In this document: in pieces, positions 21,339 to 30,386 of the stretch
Layout of the letters: the number at the start of each line of letters is the position of its first letter
Position numbering within the stretch: the stretch's first letter is position 1
From: an uncultured Parachlamydiaceae bacterium
Lineage (GTDB): Bacteria; Chlamydiota; Chlamydiia; Chlamydiales; Parachlamydiaceae
DNA length: 64,000 nucleotides
Direction: 5' to 3'
Assembly (NCBI GenBank): GCA_963742415.1
Contig: CAVULX010000002.1
Span: 128,001-192,000 of the forward strand
Made by a program: the position numbers and the translations under genes
Notes under the pieces: generated by a model
Told to the model about the DNA's origin: nothing
Seen by the model: the letters and a program-made list of their open reading frames with translations, nothing else
Database searches by the model: none

Positions 21339-21971
21339 ATGACTAAAATAAAAGTTTTTTCAAAGGCACTGCCAAGTGCCGCTCCAACTCTTAAGCCAAA
21401 TTTACAGGGATCGAGAGTTTCGAAAAAGTGTCCGATATTTTATGAATCAACTAAAGATGGAAAAGGAGTTATTCAGAATGTTTTTTTACAACCAGGTGTA
21501 GATAGTGAGAAGTCACCTGAGGATCTTTATGATCAGAGTGTGTGTGAATTAACAGGGACAGAAAACAAAGAGCTGGCTGAAGATATCGTCAAAAGGGCTG
21601 CTTTAGCTATTTGTGATTACGACAAATTCTATGAAAAAAGTAATATTGTGCTGCAATCACTTGCTGAACAGCAGCCAAAAGATGCACATGAAGCCAGGCT
21701 CTGCGCTCAAGCAACAGCCTTATATTCACAGGGAATGGACTATTTGGAAAGGGCAAGACGTGTGCTTTTTGATGAAACTATAGCAAAGGATCACTGGCAC
21801 ACGATATTGATCAAAACCGCAACAAGGCTACTGGATTTACATGCCAAAACAGTTGGAGAGCTTGCTCGATACAGAAAAAATGGAGAGCAGTTGATCGTTG
21901 TACAGCATGTAAATGTTAAAAGCGGAGGAAAAGCTATTGTTGGTGGACAAATGAAAGCAGGGGGAGGGTAA
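21339..21971 (+). CDS. Hypothetical protein of the family usually paired with HGGxSTG proteins
   Basis: AAGGAG RBS before ATG 21339; QPKDAHEARLCAQ, RYRKNGEQLIVVQHVNVKSGGKAIVG. Confidence 0.7.
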   Translation: MTKIKVFSKALPSAAPTLKPNLQGSRVSKKCPIFYESTKDGKGVIQNVFLQPGVDSEKSPEDLYDQSVCELTGTENKELAEDIVKRAALAICDYDKFYEKSNIVLQSLAEQQPKDAHEARLCAQATALYSQGMDYLERARRVLFDETIAKDHWHTILIKTATRLLDLHAKTVGELARYRKNGEQLIVVQHVNVKSGGKAIVGGQMKAGGG

Positions 21972-21995
21972 ATAAAAAATGAACGAGGTTTCCCC

Positions 21996-22247
21996 ATGTT
22001 AAGAGAGTGCGGGGCAAAAGCAAGAACAAATGGACATAGACCCTGTCGTCAACCAGCAATGGCCAATGGACGTTGTCGCCTTCACGGGGGATTAACGCGC
22101 AATACGGGCGCAAAAACAGAAGAAGGAAAGCTGCGACAGAAAATGTCAAATTGGAAACACGGCTTAAGATCAAAAGAGGCACGAGCAGAAAAACGTCTTG
22201 TGCGCGAACTTATTAAGAAAAGTCAGCAATTGGTAACTGGAAAATAA
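21996..22247 (+). CDS. HGGxSTG-domain protein
   Basis: CGAKAR..PCRQPAMANGRCRLHGG..TGAKTEEGK..NWKHG. Confidence 0.85.
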   Translation: MLRECGAKARTNGHRPCRQPAMANGRCRLHGGLTRNTGAKTEEGKLRQKMSNWKHGLRSKEARAEKRLVRELIKKSQQLVTGK

Positions 22248-22323
22248 ACGACTATCTCACTTTTATATTAGCGGACGAAGGGCAAACCAGTATTAAACAA
22301 ATTTGAATCGTGTATTTTATCGC

Positions 22324-23208
22324 TTACGGAAGAATAGGTTGGAGAATATCTAAGCCTGATTCTTTTAAAATCCTATCCAAATAGTGCTGTTGATCGTTAG
22401 CAGGCATTGTCGCTGCTATTTCTTCTGCTTCAATATTTCCAATAATAGAATCGCCTAATAACAAGTGTTCAAGTTGAATATTAGCTACAGAAGGATTAAA
22501 ATTTTTGCCGTCGATTTCAGTTCGACGATACCAGAAGCCGATGAAAGGCAGTCCCATCTCCTGTAAGGCTGATTCAACAGATTTCACCTGCTCTAACTTA
22601 TCATCTATAAAGATAACGAGTGATGGATGATAGTTTAGATCTTTGAAAAGATGCTTGAGTAAGTCGCCTTTTTGAATATGTTCAGCAAAAATAATCCCTT
22701 CATAGAAATAGGTGGGCTCTAATTGTTGCAAGTCACGAGGAATCGAGGTGTTTTTAAAATCGATGCCAACATGCTTGAGCTGAAGATCGGTAAAATAATC
22801 AACTCCAACAATATTCGTGGTATACCATTGGGTACGCCCTCGAGCTGTAAATGCAAAAACCGGAATATCATTTGATTGTAAATCAGCAATCATTGTTGCG
22901 GTGCTTGACTCAACAGGTTTGTATGGTATGTTTTTGGCTATATAAAGGGTTAAGGCGTCATAAACAGCAAATTCAGCTTTATGATCAGCAAGTTTATTTT
23001 TCACCCAAGCACGCCACTGAGGACTTCCCAAGGAATTTGAATTAGTGATGAGAGTATCATCTATATCGAATAATACCAGTGTGTTTTTTTGAGTTATATA
23101 GGATCGAATATCTTCTATACGGTCAATTTCGACAATATCGGCCTGAACACAAATCTGAACACAAACTCCTAAATAAACAAGAATAGAAAGTAAAAATTTA
23201 CAACTCAC
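22324..23208 (-). CDS. DUF2608-like HAD-fold exported protein
   Basis: LFDIDDTL, FTAR, KG, IFIDDK; signal-like N-terminus. Confidence 0.8.
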   Translation of the reverse strand: MSCKFLLSILVYLGVCVQICVQADIVEIDRIEDIRSYITQKNTLVLFDIDDTLITNSNSLGSPQWRAWVKNKLADHKAEFAVYDALTLYIAKNIPYKPVESSTATMIADLQSNDIPVFAFTARGRTQWYTTNIVGVDYFTDLQLKHVGIDFKNTSIPRDLQQLEPTYFYEGIIFAEHIQKGDLLKHLFKDLNYHPSLVIFIDDKLEQVKSVESALQEMGLPFIGFWYRRTEIDGKNFNPSVANIQLEHLLLGDSIIGNIEAEEIAATMPANDQQHYLDRILKESGLDILQPILP

Positions 23209-24268
23209 TTTTTTCCTCCTTGATTTGTTGTCAGTACGGCCTGAAGATAGAAATCTGCATCTTTTTCTGGTTCACTCTTTGCAATGCTTTCTGCTTGCTC
23301 ATCGGTAAGCACGTTTTTTCCATCTGATATCCAAAAATAATATAACTGAATATTGGCAACCAGAGGATTAAATTTGGCTGCTTTGCTTTCAGTCGCACAG
23401 TACCAATAGCATTCATGAGGAATCTGTAATTCTTTTAGGGTCTTAGCAACTGACTCTACCTGACTCAACTTGTCGTCAATAAAGACAACTTTAATTGGTA
23501 TGTGAGCAGAAATTTCGATAATTTTCTTTAAATAGTCCCCTTTTAAATCGGTATTAGCAAAAAAAACGCCCTCGTAATATTCTGAATCGTTTGCAAGTCC
23601 TGGATATCTCTTTTTTAACATCTACTATCGAAATCAATATTTACAGATTTCAGTTGTGAAATGGTAAGCTTATCGATGTCGTCGGTAGGTGTATCATACC
23701 AGATTTGACGCTCTCTGGCGGTTAAACCACTAGTAATACACCCTCTTGCTTTTAAATTTTTTATAATCTCAACCGTGTCTGGTTCTACTGTGATGAATTG
23801 TAGCTTTTGGGTAATGAATAGGGTGAAAATATCATGCCAATTGCGATCCAAATGTTTTGTTGCCTGTACAATGTATCTTCTCCATGCTTTCGATCCAAGC
23901 ATATAGGGTGAATCAAATGCAGTGTCATCAAGATCAAAAAAAACGATTGTATCTTGAGGATGTTCAATTGGCATCTCTTTAATCGAATCTAATTTCAAAA
24001 CCCGCGTTTCTTCTGTTGTTATAGCAGAAGCAACCTGAGTGGGTTTTGACGCAAGTAGCAGAAATATTGATACAGGTAAAACAGCATATATTTTTCTGAA
24101 GACATAAGAACACCATTGTGCAACAGGAAATTCTATCTGTTTTGGAAAAAAGCGCGAAAAAAGACTCGTTTGCTTGGTATTTGCATTTAACGGACTTGAA
24201 ATAGGCGGAATAGGAGCTGTATGTAATCTTCCTGCCTGCGATAACTCTTGCGTCATAATTTTTTGCAC
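23205..24268 (-). CDS. DUF2608-like HAD-fold paralog, split by a frameshift at about 23620
   Basis: FFDLDDT and LTAR in ORF 23615-24268; KG and VFIDDK in ORF 23205-23621; collinear with the neighbouring paralog. Confidence 0.75.
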
Positions 24269-24439
24269 TTATCTGAAAGTTAAAGAAAAAGCCATTTTAC
24301 TATATATATCATTAAAAATCAATAGTATAACATAATCTACCTTACCTAGAGAAACTTTGACTTGCAAAATCGTATGCTATAACGTACAATTTTGGCACAA
24401 ACGAAGATAGCTGTTACTGCATTTTACAAACGCCACAAT

Positions 24440-24606
24440 ATCATGCGCGGGTTAGCAATAAGTCACGATCATAGGCGCGGCTTAACAAAAGACTTTTAAT
24501 GATTAAATCTGATGAGCATTTTGGAAATCATAAGTCGATTACGTTTTACAAAAAGGGTGAATTAAACGACAAGGTATGGGAGTTTCATTTGAAATGGATA
24601 AAATAA
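24440..24606 (+). pseudogene. Remnant of a RelE/ParE-like addiction-module toxin
   Basis: Fragment MIKSDEHFGNHKS...VWEF ends early, directly upstream of an antitoxin-like gene. Confidence 0.45.
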
Positions 24607-24608
24607 AG

Positions 24609-24968
24609 ATGTCTCCAAAGCAAAAACCATCTACCTCAAAGCCTCTAAGAACCCGACGACATAAGAACACAATGAAAACTCAAGAAGCCTCCCACGTAAC
24701 TATTAGAGAGGAGGCAAGTGTAACCGAGGCTGACCCAATCGCTAACCTGTTGGACCCCGCTCTAATTGGTTCTGCAATCATGCAGTGCCTTATAGAAAAT
24801 AATCCAGAAGGTGTGATGGAAATCATCAAGGACCATTTATACGCTTTGAATAAATCTAAATTTCTTAGAGAGGCGGATGTGCCAAGATCGACAATGTATC
24901 AGTTGTTGAAGCGAAAAAATCCAACAATTAAGACGTTGGCCAAAATTATGTACGCAACGCATCACTAA
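24609..24968 (+). CDS. Addiction-module antidote (HTH antitoxin)
   Basis: AIMQCLIENNPEGV, VPRSTMYQLL..KNPTIKTLAKIM; start uncertain. Confidence 0.75.
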   Translation: MSPKQKPSTSKPLRTRRHKNTMKTQEASHVTIREEASVTEADPIANLLDPALIGSAIMQCLIENNPEGVMEIIKDHLYALNKSKFLREADVPRSTMYQLLKRKNPTIKTLAKIMYATHH

Positions 24969-25082
24969 ATAATTATTGCACTCGACTCATGTTATATCTA
25001 AAAAAAGACAATGATTAAAATTTATGAAAAGTAAAATTAAAACTCACTCTGACACTTACGAAAAGATTTTAGGTTAATTAGG

Positions 25083-26717
25083 ATGGACTCACAGGTAAAC
25101 GAACTTTATACTTTGATAAAGCAGCGAGAAAACGCTCACCTCGAATTTAAAGAGGCAAAAAACAACTATGATAGCGATAAGCTGACACAATACTGCTGTG
25201 CCCTTGCAAATGAGGGTGGTGGAAAGATGCTCTTAGGGATAACAGATAAAATCCCTCGTAGTATTGTTGGAAGTCAAGCTTGTCGTAATTTAGAGAAAAC
25301 AAAATCCGATCTTATTATCCGTCTACATCTGCGTATCGAAATAGAAGAATTGTTCGTTGACGACAAACGAGTGGTTATTTTTACAGTGCCATCTCGACCA
25401 ATTGGTGTTCCTATTCAGTATCAAGGTATTTATTGGATGCGTCGTGGGGAAGAATTAGTTCCAATGACTCCAGATATGCTTAAACGCATTTTCAATGAGG
25501 CAGAGCCTGATTTTTCTGCCCAAATTTGTCCTGATGCCAAAATTGAGGATTTAGACAGTGAATCTATTAAAGTTTTTCGGGAATTGTGGATGCGTAAGTC
25601 AGGCAATAGCAATTTAAAAAGCCTTTCAGATAAGCAACTACTCAAAGATATCGGAGCTGTCGAGGATAAAAAAATAACTTATGCGGCTCTCATTTTATTT
25701 GGAAAACCTCAAGCACTTAAAAAATTTCTTGCACAAGCAGAAGTGGTGTTTGAGTATCGTTCTAGCGGTGTTACAGGACCGGCGCAACAAAGAACTGAAT
25801 ACACGCAAGGATTTTTCTCTTTTTACGATGAATTATGGAATAAGATTAATTTAAGAAATGACCTTCAGCACTTCCAAGACGGGTTATTTGTCTGGGATAT
25901 CCCTACATTCAATGAAAAAGCTATTCGAGAATCCGTTTTAAATGCTGTAAGTCATCGCGATTATAGGGAGGCGGGTTCGATTTGGGTAAAACAATATCCT
26001 CGTAAAATTATCATAGCTAGTCCCGGTGGATTCCCTTCTGGAATTACCCCATCTAACATACTTTGGAAGCAGCAACCGCGCAATCGAAGGATAGCTGATA
26101 TTTTTAACAAATGTGGGCTTGTTGAACGTGCTGGACAAGGAGCTGATAGAATTTTTGAAGAAAGTATCAGACAAGGGAAATCTTTGCCCGATTTTGCTCA
26201 TACTGACGAACATGAAGTCGTATTAACCTTGGATGGCCAAATTCAAGATGAAAGCTTTCTGCGATTTTTAGAAAAAATCGGTCATGAACGATTAGCTTCA
26301 TTTAACACCGAAGACTTCATAGTCTTGGATTTGGTTCACAAGGATCGACCTATTCCTCCCACACCGACAGAATTAAGGTTTCGTCTTAATCATCTTGTGG
26401 ATTTGGGGATTATTGAGCGTATAGGTAAAGGACGCGGTGCACGACACATTCTTTGTCAACAATACTATACATTGGCAGGTAAGAACGGAATATATACACG
26501 GAAACGCGGATTAGATAAAGAAACCAATAAGGAATTGCTGGTTAAACATATTTCCTTAAATGCAAAACATGGATCAAAGCTAGCAGAGCTTAATCAAGTC
26601 TTGCCTTTTCTTTCTCAAAGACAAGTGCAAGAGCTGCTTCGGGAGTTAAGAATCCAAAAACAAATACATTTTAAAGGACAGACTAAAGCAAGTTTGTGGT
26701 TTCCTGGGTCAAGTTAA
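25083..26717 (+). CDS. AlbA_2 (Schlafen-like) + RecG-C/HATPase_c_4-like + wHTH protein
   Basis: ENAHLEFKEA, ALANEGGGKMLLGITD; AIRESVLNAVSHRDY, SPGGFP, PRNRRIA, VERAGQG. Confidence 0.85.
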   Translation: MDSQVNELYTLIKQRENAHLEFKEAKNNYDSDKLTQYCCALANEGGGKMLLGITDKIPRSIVGSQACRNLEKTKSDLIIRLHLRIEIEELFVDDKRVVIFTVPSRPIGVPIQYQGIYWMRRGEELVPMTPDMLKRIFNEAEPDFSAQICPDAKIEDLDSESIKVFRELWMRKSGNSNLKSLSDKQLLKDIGAVEDKKITYAALILFGKPQALKKFLAQAEVVFEYRSSGVTGPAQQRTEYTQGFFSFYDELWNKINLRNDLQHFQDGLFVWDIPTFNEKAIRESVLNAVSHRDYREAGSIWVKQYPRKIIIASPGGFPSGITPSNILWKQQPRNRRIADIFNKCGLVERAGQGADRIFEESIRQGKSLPDFAHTDEHEVVLTLDGQIQDESFLRFLEKIGHERLASFNTEDFIVLDLVHKDRPIPPTPTELRFRLNHLVDLGIIERIGKGRGARHILCQQYYTLAGKNGIYTRKRGLDKETNKELLVKHISLNAKHGSKLAELNQVLPFLSQRQVQELLRELRIQKQIHFKGQTKASLWFPGSS

Positions 26718-26720
26718 ATC

Positions 26721-26780
26721 TCGTGTAATTCCGTGCAATCTCGTGTAATTCCGTGCAATCCCGTGTAATTTCGTGCAATT
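26721..26780. repeat. Tandem repeat, 6 x 10 bp YCGTGYAATY
   Basis: tcgtgtaatt ccgtgcaatc tcgtgtaatt ccgtgcaatc ccgtgtaatt tcgtgcaatt. Confidence 0.95.
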
Positions 26781-26901
26781 TTTGACGTATCAAAATTCGA
26801 TGGTATTTTCACCGAAAATCACTTACACTTAGGCCTAATTTTGCTGCGTAGTGCGTATTTTATTGGAATTTTAAATTACTTAAACTGTTTCGGAGAATAT
26901 T

Positions 26902-28368
26902 GTGTTTCGATTGGCCTATAGATATAATGATGAGATCATCTTCTATTTTGATTTTGCAGGAAATAAATATATCGCCTCTGGGGGTAATTTAGCATGGCGA
27001 ATTAATAATCCTGGTTTAGTGCGCAGCCATAGTCATTTTTCTCGCAGCAATGGTTCAATCGGAAGTTGCGGACGTTACGCGATTTTTTCTAATCCATTAG
27101 AAGGTCGTAAGGCATTATCAGCATGGCTTCATTCGAAAAAATATTATTATTCATCTTTAAAAACTCTGGCAGATCATTATCAACCAGATACCCCTGATGC
27201 ATTTGTTCTTCGGATAGCTTCATTTGCCAAAATATCTCCTGACAGGAAGATAAGTTCTCTTAGTAAAACGGAATTCGATGGTCTAGTCAAAGGACTTGAA
27301 AAGCTCTGTGGATATGTATTCATTGGAAATGAATGCCTTTCTCTTCTACCAAAAATCAATGCGAAAATTGAGAATGGCAAAAATAAAGAAGATACATATT
27401 TAATCGGAGACAACCACGTTCTTTCAAAGAATGAAGCCATTGAATGGATTCAGTCACATCGCTTAGATGGCGTTATTGTGAACGAACACAATGGAACCAC
27501 ACATTTACGTTCACGGCCTAGTCATTGCATATGGAATATAAAAACACATGAATCAGTATTGCCTCCCAATGAAGGTAAAATTGACCCTCTTGTTCGAGTA
27601 GTTGGAGAGCACAAACCAGGTCAATGTGTTTGGGGATTTATTAATGGCATAGATAACACTGAGGAAGAAGCTTTAGCATCAGCTAAACTGATTTCTAAGG
27701 CTACCGATGAAGAAAGAGTCTTATCAATGCCAAACGACACGGTTTGTAAGATTGCAGATGTTTTAAAATGTATATTCTTAAAGACATCCTTAGATACACC
27801 AATAGTAGCATGGACTGTGAAGTTTTTAAGATATCTACTCTCTGTTGCAAAAGAAGCGGCAAATTCACCTCCTGTAATTGTGTTTTTACATAGCCAGGGA
27901 GCTATTTTGGTTGAGCATGCTATGGAATTACTTAACCAACATGAAAGAGAACAACTTCGATTTTTCACATTTGGTGGAGGCTCTTTCCTTGCCTCTGGCA
28001 AAAGTCATCCTGATTCTCATAATTATGCTAGCGCAGCTGATTTCGTCTGTCGTTTTGGCTCACCCAATCTTCAATTATTGGCTCTGGAACGTTATTATGA
28101 ACGCAAAAAAGGATTAAATGACGATCAAATAATGGCTCAGTTGGCATTAAAAGATGCCATGTTGCATCTGGATTCTTTGGATATCCGCGTCATGGAATCT
28201 TATATCAAACAACGAATCAAACATTACGAAAATGAGTTTTCCAGAATCAGCAACCTAACCGTTTTGGATCCTGATCCTGGCAGCAATTGGAAGCATGAAT
28301 TCAAGAGTGAGTGTTATCAAAAAGAAATTCAGAAACTTGTTGAAAAATATAAAAACCTGAAAAAGTGA
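26902..28368 (+). CDS. Multidomain protein: NNPG lysozyme-like N-domain, DUF3892-like linker, DUF687-like alpha/beta hydrolase
   Basis: AWRINNPG..YAIF; LSKNEAIEWI..HLRSRP; FINGIDN, LHSQGA, FTFGG, DFV. Confidence 0.65.
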   Translation: MFRLAYRYNDEIIFYFDFAGNKYIASGGNLAWRINNPGLVRSHSHFSRSNGSIGSCGRYAIFSNPLEGRKALSAWLHSKKYYYSSLKTLADHYQPDTPDAFVLRIASFAKISPDRKISSLSKTEFDGLVKGLEKLCGYVFIGNECLSLLPKINAKIENGKNKEDTYLIGDNHVLSKNEAIEWIQSHRLDGVIVNEHNGTTHLRSRPSHCIWNIKTHESVLPPNEGKIDPLVRVVGEHKPGQCVWGFINGIDNTEEEALASAKLISKATDEERVLSMPNDTVCKIADVLKCIFLKTSLDTPIVAWTVKFLRYLLSVAKEAANSPPVIVFLHSQGAILVEHAMELLNQHEREQLRFFTFGGGSFLASGKSHPDSHNYASAADFVCRFGSPNLQLLALERYYERKKGLNDDQIMAQLALKDAMLHLDSLDIRVMESYIKQRIKHYENEFSRISNLTVLDPDPGSNWKHEFKSECYQKEIQKLVEKYKNLKK

Positions 28369-28377
28369 AGTAGTTTT

Positions 28378-28806
28378 ATGTCGAAAGATGACTTGATATC
28401 TTCAGAAGACAAAGTTACGTATCATCAAAAAAACTTGACAGTTCCGTCAATAGAAACGACAGATGTAGAAGAGGGAAAAAATCGAAAAAGCGCTAAATAT
28501 TGTGCAATCGGCTTCACGATTCTGTATCTCGTTCTTTTTCTCCCCTTTTTTTACATGGGACTACTCTCTAGCATGGTATTCGATAATCCTCGTATGACGG
28601 TGCCTGTAGGTTTGTCTATGATCTTCCTCACTTTTTTAATCTCTTTATCGATGCCGGTCAGTATTTATTTAATGTGGTCAAGGTATCTACGTGGCCAATA
28701 TAAAAAGACCCGTATTTTCTGCGCTCTTCCTATCTTCACATTGGTTGGAGTATCTTTGATTATTGAAATTTTAGGGGCTCTGCTTCGATATTTCGTACCG
28801 ATTTAA
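28378..28806 (+). CDS. Small 3-TM membrane protein
   Basis: Three hydrophobic segments; 9 bp after the upstream stop. Confidence 0.75.
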   Translation: MSKDDLISSEDKVTYHQKNLTVPSIETTDVEEGKNRKSAKYCAIGFTILYLVLFLPFFYMGLLSSMVFDNPRMTVPVGLSMIFLTFLISLSMPVSIYLMWSRYLRGQYKKTRIFCALPIFTLVGVSLIIEILGALLRYFVPI

Positions 28807-28870
28807 GAGACAATTCCGCTTTGTAACGGATTTATTCCCTCAACATTAAATTGCCGCCATGTTAATGTTA

Positions 28871-28900
28871 TGGCACAAAAATGGCACACTAAACCACAAA
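28871..28900 (+). promoter_or_regulatory. Putative integrase arm-type sites, right end of island 1
   Basis: TGGCACA-N4-TGGCACACTAAACCACAA matches 15600. Confidence 0.7.
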
Positions 28901-29003
28901 AAAACGCGATAATCGACATGGCTCTGCAACAAATGATATTCCAAAACACCTCTGAGAATCAGTCGTTGACTGTTGCAGTCTGTCGCTATGTTTTGAGCCA
29001 CTT

Positions 29004-29050
29004 CGCATTCGTAATGCGAAGGTCGTCGGTTCGACTCCGGCTTTGGGCAA
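29004..29050 (+). repeat. att copy 2 (tRNA-Thr 3' fragment)
   Basis: 47/47 identical to 15479-15525. Confidence 0.97.
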
Positions 29051-30386
29051 TTTGTTACTCAGCTACTTATGACCCAGTTAACCTCCTTGTTTGAGGTTCG
29101 TGTCAGAAAAATGTCAGATTTTACAAATCCTCAAATTTAATTCCACTAAAAAGTCTTCACATCGAGTTAAGAAGCCCTCTGCGTGCCTTTACCTTCCCTT
29201 TTTGGGAGAAAAAAGATCACGTCATCATAGAGTGATAGGTAAGTCGAATAAGCTGGAGGGGGTTAATGAATCAATTGTCAATTGAGTGTATTCACCCAAC
29301 CCTGAATTTTCTTGTGAAGTTGTCTAACGTCGAATGTTCTGATGAAAAGCTGATCAGGATTGGAGAATTCCTTCCACAGTCTGACAAGAACGAGGCACAA
29401 AGAAAATATCATCGCTGGAATGTAGACAGGAGGATTTTTCGTTTGGTGTAGCCAACTCAAAGAATTGCTTTTCCGGCAAAGGGGCATAGAATAATGCTCC
29501 CAGGAAAGCCAGGATAACCTGGAACAACAAAGCTCCCTTAGTTCAACTAAGAAAGGGTAAAGTCGGCGTGCTTTTCGAGAGCGGCTTTGTGGCTCTCGAA
29601 CTCAAAGAGGGACGGGACTGACCCCATCCTCAATTAAAACTGCTGTTAACTGACTTTAACTTCCAGACTTCTATCATCCAGCATTCCATCAATATTGGGA
29701 TTGCCTGCAAATGTTCTAAAGCAGTCATAATTTAGGGACATGGCGAGACCATCCAAGGCATGACCATTTTTCGAATGGAGCCAATGCCTTCCGCCTACCT
29801 GGTAATATCTCTTAATAAAGCTCGAACTAAAGAAGATGATGCAAGAGAATTTCAAGAAGCAATAGCCTCTTTCAACGAGTCTAGACATCCATTATATGGA
29901 GGTTCTCTACCTCAGGGGTATTTTTAATTATAACTTCAGAAACTATTGGGATATTGTTACCTTAATCTTCTCTCCTGCATAGTTTCTTGCAATTCCATTT
30001 CCCACAATATTTGCTCTCGCATAAGTTCCATCATATCTCGTTGATATTGCAAATTGCGTTGGTGTTGATATTCTCTCTGAAATGATTCCGTGAATGATTG
30101 TGTAAATGCTTGCCCCATCGAAGAACCCATAGCGTCAGCAGTGTTAGGTTGTTTTATTGTGTAAGCATTTGCATTATTGTGCGTAGATTTGAGATAGGGA
30201 TGACACAGGAAGAATTGGCTGAAAAAGCCGAATTACATCCTACGTTGGTTCAGTTGAAAGAGGAGAGAATATAGCGTTAGAGAACATTATTGCTATTTCA
30301 AAAATATTAAAATGTTCACCAAAAAACTTATTTTGATGATTAAAAAACAAATAATTAAATTATGTCAGGGGATTAAATTGTCGTTA

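Larger units (their letters stand above)
15479..29050. mobile_element. Island 1: tRNA-Thr-integrated satellite/PICI-like or integrative element (about 13.5 kb)
   Basis: Exact 47-bp duplication of the tRNA 3' part (15479-15525 = 29004-29050); integrase, excisionase-like gene and primase-helicase inside; visibly AT-richer than the flanks. Confidence 0.93.

Noticed and set aside
15874-22247. Complete prophage or ICE
   Set aside because: No recognisable capsid, portal, large terminase, tail, relaxase or T4SS genes.
26721-26780. Possible CRISPR array
   Set aside because: Contiguous 10-bp units with no spacers, and no cas genes in the window.
29004-29050. Second and third tRNA-Thr genes (also 32279-32324)
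   Set aside because: Only the 3' part from the anticodon stem is present; the D arm and 5' acceptor strand are absent, so they are att copies.
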